DNA of 63,921 nt, the filler included, from Octopus bimaculoides (Eukaryota), in NCBI RefSeq assembly GCF_001194135.2. It is 9 parts of 7 records of this genome, joined end to end, with 100 filler letters (N's around TTAATTAATTAA, not from the genome) between each part and the next. Parts side by side here need not be neighbours in the genome. Positions count along the whole stretch, not along the records: positions 17,103 to 36,457 come from NC_068985.1; positions 36,558 to 41,509 come from NC_068982.1; 7 more parts are not named here. One strand, given 5' to 3'. A program made the position numbers and the translations under genes. The first letter of the stretch is position 1. Each line of letters starts with the position of its first letter. The notes under the pieces are model-generated. The model was not told the DNA's origin, did not search any database, and was given only the letters and a program-made list of their open reading frames with translations. Shown piece after piece: positions 26,240 through 37,721 of the stretch.

Positions 26240-27180
26240 CGTATACCACCATTTTTTCTTGCAGTTAAACCTTGATCAAAAATTAGACATTCAAAGAAAT
26301 CCGGGGTTAATTAATTTAATTTGAATTTTTCACACTCTCTGTTAACAACCCCAGCATAGGTGACGAAATCTTCATTATATTTTAAAACTAAATTTAAACA
26401 CTGCCAACGAGCGTTGAGCAGGGAACTTCATAGGGAATTCTCGATAATAAAATAATTGTTTCATCGAAACAAATCCCTCCAGGTTTCTTCTGCAGAATAT
26501 AATTACTCTATTTTTCGTGTTCGACACGGGATAACTTTCTTAAAAGTAGTCACATCTCGTCATTCCAGTTTTTACATTCTTCACTCAAATTTTCGTCATA
26601 TCTTCTAAAGTATGCATAAAAAGTAGTATCTTCTGGGTTGTAAATAAATTCTTTAACTGAGATAGCTACGCCGTCTGACGAGAACGAACCTAAAGTATTT
26701 TCAGACTTCTTCAAAGTTACCTCCAGGAACATTTGGTATTGTTGTTGTTGCTGTTGTAGTTTGTGTTGAAACTGCTGTTGTTGCTGCTGCAAATGCACCA
26801 CGCAAGACAAAAAGTCTTCCACGTTAATGATTTTCGTACCCCTCAAAATTTTAAACATCCGAAACGAGCTTCAAATATCTCGTCGCCACATTTATATCCT
26901 AGACAAACGTTTGATATATAAATTAACGGAGCGGAGGTTAAAATCAATGTGTTCACACGACGTACTTCTCGAGACTCCAAAACGTGCTCTCAACTACTCC
27001 TACCGACGTCCCGTCTCAAGCAATACGCTACTCTTTATAAGAGTTCGGCTATTCCATTCTTCCAATCCCACAGGGGTGTCAATGCCTCTGCTCACAATAC
27101 ATACTTTTGGAATTACGAAGTTTATTGTGCTGACCAGAGTAATTAAGGCCATATTACACACTATAAAACTTTTCTAACTC
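26240..27180 (-). mobile_element. Gypsy LTR-retrotransposon 5' fragment: probable LTR, PBS and gag
   Basis: PBS TGGCGACGAG at 26879-26888 (complementary to the tRNA-Ser(GCU) 3' end); gag-like FIYNPEDTTFYAYFRRY...LLRKLSRVEHEK.SNYILQKKP...FDETI...RWQCLNL...EDFVTYAGVVNRECEKFKL, typical of K02A2.6-like Gypsy gag. Confidence 0.82.
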
Positions 27181-29129
27181 GCAAATTTTTACATTTAACG
27201 TATTAATTTTTACTGTAAAATATTTAAGATGATGAAATATTCCTCTAAACGGAATTTTTAATTACAAAGGTAAAGAATACACGTATTAATGAGTTGGAGG
27301 GGCTCTTTAAAAACATAAATGTCACACATTAATGGGAATCGCGGCAGATTAATGCTTAACTTAATGGAGTTTACCTTGGATAGTGACCAAAATGTGTAAC
27401 GTTAAAATGATTCTGTACAGAACATACCAAAGATTAGTGTGCATAGTAGTCAGTAAACCATCATTCACACGTTCCAGGCTGAGGCTCAACGAAACATGGT
27501 AATTTGGCAGAAGAATAATTTATGTATAGATTGGAGCCATGTTCAATCTCATTGCGTACCCTCTTTAGGAATTGCCATTTTTCATAACCTTGCGTCAAAT
27601 TGAAAGCAAATAACCATAAACTGTACAGAAGGCCATCCTTGTCACACTGCATCACGTGATTTTACGATGACATTGTATGTATTTATGGATTGTATATGAG
27701 TTCAGATTATCGAACAAATGAACTCTTATCATGTGTGCGAGTGTGTGTTTCTATCATTATATGTGTGTAGATGTTTATGCACATTTCATTTTTTTGTTAC
27801 TGTATTGATAGATGTGGATATTTGTTCTTGCAATCGCCTAAGCAGTATTTCTGAGTACAATCCCCCAAACACTTAATGCTTTCCTTTTAAATGACTCTTC
27901 GAAAGAATTAATGTTGAAGGTAATGGAATTCTTGTACACCTGAGGTACCATGAATCCTAAACTTGCATCATTTGGCACTGGAACCCTCCTGCAGAACAAG
28001 AAAATTAAATGCTGCAGAATGTTTCAAGAGGACGAAGAAATGATTGAGACAGAAGGTTCTGTCTGAGCCAACAACTAAAGGGCAATCACCTTCAGATGCT
28101 GGGGTTAGTAAGGTCAAATAAAAAGAGTGACATCATTCTCTCCCCCATGAAGTAGTTCGCAGAAGCGTTTAGAATGTGCAGGTAAGAAGGTGATGAAAGC
28201 CACTCAACAGAGACTGAGATAACTTGTTGCTGTACACGTGCACTCTTATTGGATTGCTAGTGGAAGGGCATTGATGCCCCTTCAGTTCGCTTAGGAATAA
28301 TGTTATGCTTCTGCTCTACGCTGACGAAAACTTTTCTCTTCCATAAACAAGATTTTCCACAGATGGAATTGGCAACTGAAAATCTTCCTTTAAAAAATCA
28401 TATTCATGCTGTACAAACAATATTTCATTAAAATATAATCATCTTCTCGTGTAGGAACTGACTATGCTTAGGGAAGAACACATGCTGAAGAGTGTAAAAG
28501 CGTACAAAATCGACCAATAATTGAGTAGACATATCATTCAATCAACATCAAGGAAGATAAAGTAAAGAATTATTTAATACCCATTTTCACAATGTGTCGG
28601 TCTTTGAAACTGATTATTATACGCTGGATAATATTGTCGTTTATTCAAACATTTGGAACCTATGTTGTTTAGCGATTTTAACAGAATCTCATCTCAGAAA
28701 TTGGCAGCTTTATTGGAAACCATTTTCCAGGACACTAATCAATAGAAAAAAAAACACAGCATATTTCAAAATATTTATCAGTTTCTACAAAACGGTCATT
28801 AAACCTGACGATTTCTGGCCAGCCAGGAAATTAAATTAAAAGTACGAAAAGCAAATCAACATTGAGAATATCGAATTGATGTACAGATTTCCATGGTTTT
28901 CTACACTTGACTAAATATGCACAGTAACATTTGGTATGAGTTTAATTTCGCTGCATTTAAGGTAATTCCAAACAAGATTTTTGACATCGTTACAATATCC
29001 ACGCCACCATACGTGCTCTATCAGTCTAGTAAGTATATTTTCACATCATACGTCATCATGTACAGATACTACGATAATTTGTCATAGCGACGCAGCAATC
29101 ACGATCATAATATCGTTTAAATTTTCCCT

Positions 29130-29430
29130 GGTTTTAGTCATTAGACTGCTGCCATGTTGGGGCATAGCCTTGAAGAATTTTAGATGAATAAATCGGTACC
29201 AAGTACCATTTTAAGTCTAGCACTTATTCTTTCCATCTTTCTGCTGAACGGAGATGCAAATACACCAACACCAATTGTCAAGCAGTCGTGGGGGGCCAAA
29301 CACAGACGCAAAAGCTCTCTCTTTCACTCTCTTTGCTTCTCTCTCTCTCTTTCTGTCGCACACGCAGTAGGCCTGAACCCAAAACCATTCGGTTAGGATG
29401 CAAATCTCTTCCTACACAGTCACGCCTGTA
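29130..29430 (-). mobile_element. Degenerate family C SINE with internal (CT)n tract
   Basis: GACTGCTGCCATGTTGGGGCATAGCC tail and CCTGAACCCAAAACCATTCGGTT head remnants. Confidence 0.55.
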
Positions 29431-32071
29431 TCTATAGTGAGTATTTTGTTTTAATTGTTTTATGAGGTTTTCAATAACTGGGCCATTATTGTGTCTATTC
29501 ATTTTCATTCTATTAATAATTTCAGATACAAATATATCATGTTTGAAATTTCAGTCTATGATTCTACTTTTAGCAGATCTATTTCTATCAGATGAATACG
29601 TGTTTCTACCTCAATCTACACCTAACTCTATTGGCTTTTTGAATTATAACCTATACAGAGCATACTCACACCATAGTATTCTTGCAGTCTTTGCATTAGG
29701 CAGGTCTCTCCTAAGATTGAATACCATATTTGGAGATCGTACATCCTAAGATCTGCAACGAAGACACTTATCTTTTGTTTTACAGACATATTGCTTAGAC
29801 GTTGAGGTATTGAGCATGCTGTTTTAATAACATGCCCACTAAATCTATGTGTCGTCTTCAAATACCTCCTGAGTCTACTTGTACACAGAGTAACAATCAA
29901 AACGTTCTCCTGTTACAGAAACAGAACACCTTTCCATATAATAGAGAACCCTGCGATACTTTTTCTAAAGGTTATAATATTAGCCATATCTCTTCATTAG
30001 CTAAAGTAAATCCGTTGATCATTTCACGCTGTCGAATACTGGTAACAACATTCTAGCAGCTTGTTTTTGTTTTTTTGAAACTTCACGTGTTCTTATATCT
30101 TAGAGCGATGTATGCAGAATTTAGTAGTCTGTCAATTAGTTGCATTTGTTTAAGGTCAGGAGATTGATATTTTGTTCCCAACTCAAATGAAAAAAGTGTT
30201 GCTTCTCCCAGTCTTCATAACATCTACATATTGGTTTCGATGGGATCTGGTTTAGAGCTAGGAAAAGTGTTGTTTCAGCTGTAAACGTCTCTGCATTGAA
30301 TTATACTGAAAGCAGAGTAGTTTCTTTTAAATCTGCAAAGTTCCCTCCTACAACATGTCACAGTACTCCATCATTAGAGCCTCTTCCAATAGTCAACAAG
30401 TCCTGTTTTGGTGATGAAAGGACTGCTTATTTGACATCAAGTGATTAAGGGAATACTTTTGCGTTCGCATTGGCTGGTGGGCATCATAACCAGAATTCTG
30501 TCAAATCATTTCGGCAGAGCCATTCTTATACCTTGAATTGGAGAAAGCATCTTTACTGTTTTCTGCCATGTTAAATTCTTTTCATCACGTAATTATGAGC
30601 CACGTGCAATCAATGATTCTCCGGGAATTTCAGCACACAAACTCTGATCATCGGTAAACAGGATCTCACATATTTATTATGATCAAGTATTCTTATCTAG
30701 AAGTAAGAAATATGTAATATATATATATTTATTTTAACATGCATGATTAGATATTGTTGATTAATTTTCTTCGAGAAATCTCTTCCTGACACATACTCAC
30801 ATATTTGTGTTTATATATAAATATGTGTGTATATGTATCTATGCGTGTATGTATGCAAGTACGTATGTATTATAAATATGCCGCTTATTTACATGCAGTG
30901 GTATCTACTTAAAATATCTTGTACAGACGAAATAGATATATTAGGGAGAAAATCAGGAAAACATAGAAGCTGAAAGAGGAAATGTAATTTAGTTGAATAT
31001 ATCAATGAACCCGAAACTTCAATACACACTCCTTTTCTCCTACTATGATACTCACTTATCTTTTAAGTCTATACGTATACCGATAGAGATATATAATCTG
31101 TTTATATGAATATCGTTTCTATGTCGCACAATACGATACAAAACTATATTTTATTTTAGTTTTCAATTTCCTTTTATCCATTTGACTCATCCTCGAGCAA
31201 AATATAATCATTTTAAGTTGATTAAGTTAATTTTTCTGTAATATCCTTCCAATTATTTTGTTCCTCCTGGTAAACAACTCCAAATATCGTTCCAATTCCA
31301 TTAGTTAGTCGATATCTGATGGGGAAATACATAAAAAAAAAATAACATCTTTGAGTTGTTGCAAAAAGATTTTCAAATGAATATTGTTTATTTAGAATTT
31401 CTAGAATTATAGATGAATTTATTATTGTCTGTATACTATTTTAAAATTCTTTTTTATTTTGAAACTTTTGAGATTCATAAAATATACTTTACCAATGATA
31501 TGGTGAACAAATAATTGGAGGAATATGTCAAAGAATATAAATCGAATGTGTTCCTATAAATTTAAACCAAATATATATACATTCATATATTTTTAAATGG
31601 CTGATTTTATTGTATTAAAATATACCATCACTCCTATTAACGTCTATATTTGAATTCGCAACAATAGAAAGTGTTTCATTTCTCGTGCCGATCGAAAAAT
31701 TATTCAATACTTATAATACATGAAATTAGCTGTCTACATATAATGAGAACTAAACTGATTTCTGATAAACTAAAGTTTTATATTCATTACAGTTACTTAA
31801 CGTGGATGTCTTGTTAGAGACTGTAACAGAAAGTTTTAACTGACATGCAGTTATGGGCTGTCTTCTACTGATGAGCTTCATTAGAATGAAATCACAATAA
31901 ATAGCAATTCCGACACTCATGACAAACGATTCTCCTCTGCTACGATCCATGGAACTTCTTGTACATGAGATAATACGGTAAGACCAATAACGCAGTATTC
32001 GGTATTCTAACAAGGCATTCACGTTAAGTTTTATATAAACATTACCTTATCTGTGTCTCTGTCTGTGTGTA

Positions 32072-32215
32072 AATGTAGCCTAGTGATTAGGGTGTTGCAC
32101 TTACGATCTCAAGATCGTTCATTCGATACGCAGAGTGTGTGGCGCTTTGTTTTCTTGAACAAAATGCTTCATTTCATTTTGCTCCAGTCCACTCATCTGT
32201 ATTTAGGTAACACTT
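32072..32215 (+). mobile_element. tRNA/CORE-type SINE (family D)
   Basis: TAGCCTAGTGATTAGG head; TTCTTGAACAAAATGCTTCATTTCATTTTGCTCCAGTCCACTCA CORE-like segment, also present at 58200-58497. Confidence 0.6.
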
Positions 32216-32979
32216 CGACAGAGTAGCTCCGGATCAAAACGAGTATTAGCCTGCTCGCTTAGCTAGCAGGGTTAGATAATACCAAAGCATGATCGATGCA
32301 AATCACAGAGTAACCGGTGATAGTAACCAACGTTCGATAACCTGGTTGATTATATCATCAGGTGATTATATGATTATATATATATATATATATATATNNN
32401 NNNNNNNNNNNNNNNNNNNNNNNNNNNNNNNNNNNNNNNNNNNNNNNNNNNNNNNNNNNNNNNNNNNNNNNNNNNNNNNNNNNNNNNNNNNNNNNNNNNN
32501 NNNNNNNNNNNNNNNNNNNNNNNNNNNNNNNNNNNNNNNNNNNNNNNNNNNNNNNNNNNNNNNNNNNNNNNNNNNNNNNNNNNNNNNNNNNNNNNNNNNN
32601 NNNNNNNNNNNNNNNNNNNNNNNNNNNNNNNNNNNNNNNNNNNNNNNNNNNNNNNNNNNNNNNNNNNNNNNNNNNNNNNNNNNNNNNNNNNNNNNNNNNN
32701 NNNNNNNNNNNNNNNNNNNNNNNNNNNNNNNNNNNNNNNNNNNNNNNNNNNNNNNNNNNNNNNNNNNNNNNNNNNNNNNNNNNNNNNNNNNNNNNNNNNN
32801 NNNNNNNNNNNNNNNNNNNNNNNNNNNNNNNNNNNNNNNNNNNNNNNNNNNNNNNNNNNNNNNNNNNNNNNNNNNNNNNNNNNNNNNNNNNNNNNNNNNN
32901 NNNNNNNNNNNNNNNNNNNNNNNNNNNNNNNNNNNNNNNNNNNNNNNNNNNNNNNNNNNNNNNNNNNNNNNNNNNNNNC

Positions 32980-33400
32980 AAAAGGTTTTGTACAACTGAA
33001 ATCCGGGTGAGCTTTTGGTCAGCTGAAAACAGTTTTGGCAGAAGCTTGACAAACGCGCATCTCATACCCAAATCTTCAGTGATATGGACAGAACTGAACC
33101 GTAACTAATTTTCACATACCCCGATAACTCACGAATGGTTATTCGACTATTTCCCCTTACAGCTCCCGTACATCTGCGATGTTTTTCGCAGTTCTGTAGT
33201 TTGCTAGTCTCCCAGAATATTCGTAAATATCTATATGTTTTGGCCATCTTCGAAACGTCTGAACCACTCATACACGCGTACACTCTTCTCCATACACTTT
33301 CTGCAACTTTGCGTAGGCCTCTGAGAACTTTCTCTGCCATAGTCAATGCGACGTTCACCCGCTACACACCTTTATTCCGAGCACTGCTGTAAACAGCGGA
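32980..33400 (-). mobile_element. Mariner transposase N-terminal fragment
   Basis: NSRITIRELSGYVKISYGSVLSI...GMRCAFVKLLPKLFSADQK matches the mariner second HTH and the region homologous to WVP. Confidence 0.8.
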
Positions 33401-34045
33401 TGTGAGCTATAACATTAGAACATACGGCAGGTGCATAGCACAGGTTAATATCAATCTTTGGCAAGCGGTTTCTCTCTGCGTGCTTTAGCTTCTTTACCCT
33501 GGCAACAACCCGGGTATTTATTGGTCAGACCTCGTATATCTTTTATCGTTTACTGGTTTTAGCCAAGCTCGTTTGATATGATATGATATGATATGATATA
33601 TGATATGATATATATNNNNNNNNNNNNNNNNNNNNNNNNNNNNNNNNNNNNNNNNNNNNNNNNNNNNNNNNNNNNNNNNNNNNNNNNNNNNNNNNNNNNN
33701 NNNNNNNNNNNNNNNNNNNNNNNNNNNNNNNNNNNNNNNNNNNNNNNNNNNNNNNNNNNNNNNNNNNNNNNNNNNNNNNNNNNNNNNNNNNNNNNNNNNN
33801 NNNNNNNNNNNNNNNNNNNNNNNNNATTTTTGTCTATTTTTAGACAAATATTACCCCGACGAAATTCATATACATAAATAATATTTTTTTATAAATTCAG
33901 CAGTGGATATGAATCGAATGAAACTGTAGGATATATATAGGTATTTTTTATTTATTTGTTATACTATATTATATCTTTTTATAGTATAATTATATTATAT
34001 TATAATATTAATACATTTATGTCATTTGTATTTCTTTATTTCCTT

Positions 34046-34092
<47 letters not shown>

Positions 34093-34104
34093 TATATATA
34101 TATA

Positions 34105-34460
34105 TATGGCCGTGCTGGATCGCCACCCTTAGTCAAACAAATCGATCCATGCCTTATTATTTGTAAGCCTAGTGATTATTATATCGGTGTCTTTTGCAGA
34201 ACCGCTAGGTTACAGGGACGTAAACGCAGCAGCATCGGTTTTCAAGTGATAGTGGGAGAAAAAACAGACACACAACTACATGCATATATAGATATATACG
34301 ATGGGCTTCTATCAGTTTCCGTCTATCAAATCTTACAAGGCCTTGGTCGGCCCGAGTCTACAGTAGAAGACACTTGCCCAAGGTGCCACGCAATGGGACT
34401 GAACCCCGGAACCCTGTGGTTCGGAAGCAATCTTCTAAAAACAAAGTCATTCCTGCGGCT
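34105..34460 (-). mobile_element. Family C CORE-type SINE
   Basis: GACACTTGCCCAAGGTGCCACGC and tail homologous to 10441-10854. Confidence 0.8.
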
Positions 34461-35691
34461 ATGAGCCGCACATTTGCCTATATAGATATATATAGTAATA
34501 ATATTAGGGAATAAATTATTATTCCTACCTTACAGGTAAAATTCAGTATAATAATATTAGACCGAATTTAGTAATATATAATATATGTATATAAGTAATA
34601 TAGAGACGAATCACCATTCCACAACTCAGTCAATAACGAACCCGTCCAAAACTATGGCGTGAGGCATATGCCATACAAAATACTAATCTAACATTTTAAT
34701 AATATATAATATTGAACAGTGAGATTATTACAGTGATATAATATTAAGAGCAAATACTTTTAAAATCTCAGCGAATACCATCCAAAGAAACATTCATCAG
34801 CCACTTGGCTGAAACACATAAATAAATAAATAAAATAAAGATATTAATCTAAAAATGAAATAATGTATAAATGGGACAATAAAAATTAATACAATAATAA
34901 AATGTATAAAAGTAAGTACTTGTACATCGACTACGCGCATTTCATGGCTGAATTAGGACTATATAACATATTAACAAATAATATCCAAGTTCATTAGAAC
35001 GGAAAAATGATTTTACTCCCAAAAGCAGTCACTCCTCAGGTCTAGTATTCACTCTTAAAAAAACTCAAAGCCTAAAAGTTTCACTTACCTCATAATATTA
35101 TAAGGAATGAATATAAAGAAAATAATATATATATATAGAAACACAACCTATTATGTAATCCCTAAGTTAAAGACATTAAATATTATTATTAAAATTACGA
35201 GCTAAAAATATTCAACAAGAGTATTATTCTTATATATATATAAATATAATTTTTATACATGCGCACGCTGATATATGACCTACATTGGACTCCTTATTCT
35301 TCGCATAATAATCGAACCTGGAGCTGAACTATAGTCTATCCATAGCACTTACTCAGCATTACCTGACACCTTTGGGTCTTACTGACACTATTACCTCTCA
35401 TAACCTCTCTCTGTCTCTCTCTCTCTATATAGTGAGAATTTACAAAAAACAAAAGATGAAGACGGATGTGTAAACAACAAAGCGATGCATCAGTTTAACG
35501 GTCTTTGACAGAAAGGAACACAGAAATAAACAGGGAGAGCAAATAAAAAAGGTTTAGTGGTTAGCGATCTATCATGGCGAATGCCGGACCATATAAATAT
35601 ATATATAGGAAGGACAACAAAAGAAAGAAAGAGACCTCGATATTATGTAAATAGAGGAATTTATCTGTAAAAATATGTGACACTTATTCGG

Positions 35692-35764
35692 TAGCCATGA
35701 TAAAACTCCGAGTTTCGCATGCCGGGGGGGGAGCCCACGCCAACATCTCTTCAGTTATCCGCCA
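35692..35764 (-). ncRNA. Type I hammerhead ribozyme motif (left arm)
   Basis: GAUAA-CUGAAGA-GAUGUUGG[loop]CCGGCAU(G)C-GAAA-CUCGGAG-UU-UUAUC; stems I, II and near-palindromic stem III present. Confidence 0.75.
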
Positions 35765-35784
35765 GTCTTTCACAGGAATTTCAA

Positions 35785-35858
35785 TGGCCGGATAACTGAC
35801 GAGATGTTGGCGTAGGCTCCCACCCCGGCATCCGAAACTCAGAGTTTTATCAAGGCTA
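35785..35858 (+). ncRNA. Type I hammerhead ribozyme motif (right arm)
   Basis: UGGCC-G-GAUAA-CUGACGA-GAUGUUGG[loop]CCGGCAU(C)C-GAAA-CUCAGAG-UU-UUAUC-AA-GGCUA; predicted cleavage after 35846 (GUU). Confidence 0.8.
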
Positions 35859-35897
35859 CGGAATAAGTGTCACATGTTTGTTCGGGTATATATATAT

Positions 35898-36120
35898 ATA
35901 TATATATAGTCTTTTATTCTTGTTTCAGTCATTTGATTCCGGTCATGTTGGAGCACAATCCTGAATGATTTTTAGTCGAACAAATCGGCCCAGGAATTAT
36001 TTTGGAAGTGTAGTACTTATTCTGTGTCTCTTTTGCCGAATGACTAAGTTACGGGGACGTATATACACCAACACCAGCTGTAAAGCAGTGATAAGCAGAC
36101 AAACACAGACACAATAAAAC
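35898..36120 (-). mobile_element. Family C SINE tail
   Basis: TTGTTTCAGTCATTTGA...GGTCATGTTGGAGCAC...GTTACGGGGACGT. Confidence 0.75.
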
Positions 36121-36162
36121 ACAGATAGATATATACGTATACATATAATTATAGTATGAGTC

Positions 36163-36375
<213 letters not shown>

Positions 36376-36557
36376 CTATGAGGCTTCCATAATAGGTTTC
36401 TCTCTGTAAAGTACAATGCCTTCCACGTTTATTTACAAATATTGCATGCAGTATTAGNNNNNNNNNNNNNNNNNNNNNNNNNNNNNNNNNNNNNNNNNNN
36501 NTTAATTAATTAANNNNNNNNNNNNNNNNNNNNNNNNNNNNNNNNNNNNNNNNNNNN

Positions 36558-37328
36558 GATAGATGAGTAATGTCAGTGTGCATACCCGACAGATTGTAAG
36601 TATTTTGAGAGAAAAGTTGAACATAAGAAGCATCAGCTGTGGTGTGCAAGAGAGATGATTGCGCTGGTATGGACATGTGGCGAGAATGGACGAGGATAGC
36701 TGCGTGAAAAAGTGCCACACCCAAACAGTTAAGGGCCTCACCGAGGCGATGACTTCTGACCAAGACCTTTAGAAATATGCTGTGCATGAGAAGACCCGGC
36801 AAGCCGAGTGAGACCTAAATCCAAGGCCTCTGCCAGGGGTGTAGCCAGCCCACTTATGTGTACCTTTCCTTCTTTGGACACTAAACTCCACTTGAGAAGA
36901 CCTGTTGAGGTAAGTGAAATCGAAACCGAACTTAATTCGATGACTGGCACCCATGCCAACGTCGTCTCCTTCATTGGACACGAAACTCAGCTTGCGAAGA
37001 CTTATTGGGGCAAGCGAAATTGGGATGGCACCTGTGCCCAGCGTCGCCTTTCTGGCACTTGTCCCCATGGCATGTGTAAGGACTTTCGAGCGAAATCGTT
37101 GCCAGTGCCCCTGGACTGGCTCTTGTGCGGGTGGCACATAAAATGCACCATTTGAGCGTGGCTGTTGCCAGTACCGCCCGGCTGGCCTTCGTGCCGGTGG
37201 CACGTAAAAGCACCCACTACACTCTCAGAGTGGTTGGCGTTAGGGAGGGCATCCAGCCGTAGAAACTCTGTCAAATCGTCCAACCCATGCTAGCAAGGAA
37301 AGCGGACGTTAAATGATGATGATGATGA
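36558..37328 (+). mobile_element. RTE-clade LINE 3' end: ORF C-terminus, 3' UTR with internal duplications, (ATG)n tail
   Basis: LRWYGHVARMDEDSCVKKCH; 3' UTR GGTTGGCGTTAGGGAGGGCATCCAGCCGTAGAAAC...CCATGCTAGCAAGGAAAGCGGACGTTAAATGATGATGAT. Confidence 0.85.
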
Positions 37329-37502
37329 TATATATATATATATGTATAATATATTAAAATATAGATATGCAGGGCAGGGAATCGTCAATTAGTAATAAAA
37401 TTAATAATTAACAATTTTGCCGGGTAGCTCAGTATGAAAAAACCTTTTCGGTAAAATCATTTATAATCATAAATATATAGGGATTGACAGTAACCTGCTT
37501 CT

Positions 37503-37721
37503 CCAACATACTGAGAATTCAGAAATAGCAGCCAAAGAACTACTGATTCCAAAACTACAAATTTTACTCTAAATTGATAGCGATATTCTTGATACACACA
37601 GAAGAAAAAACAGTTTTTTGTTCTGTGTGTATCAAGAATATCGCTATCAATTTAGAGTAAAATTTGTAGTTTTGGAATCAGTAGTTCTTTGGCTGCTATT
37701 TCTGAATTCTCAGTATGTTGG
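37503..37721. repeat. Near-perfect palindrome (109-bp arms, 1-nt centre at 37612) running into a gap
   Basis: Arms are exact reverse complements except one G/G mismatch (37604/37620). Confidence 0.95.

Larger units (their letters stand above)
35671..35879. repeat. Foldback element: about 95-bp inverted arms with a 20-nt spacer, flanked by (TA)n
   Basis: 35671-35764 is the reverse complement of 35785-35879 with 8 substitutions and 1 indel. Confidence 0.95.

Noticed and set aside
31866-31900. CTGATGAG...GAAA on the plus strand inside an AG/GT-bounded segment (about 31789-31978)
   Set aside because: No valid stem II, I or III. The segment has stops in all three frames, so it is neither a ribozyme nor a coding exon.
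37410-37442. Minus-strand CTGAGCTACCCGGCAAAA resembling a hammerhead core with a deletion
   Set aside because: Two independent repairs are needed to restore CUGANGA and GAAA, and there is no clear stem I or III.
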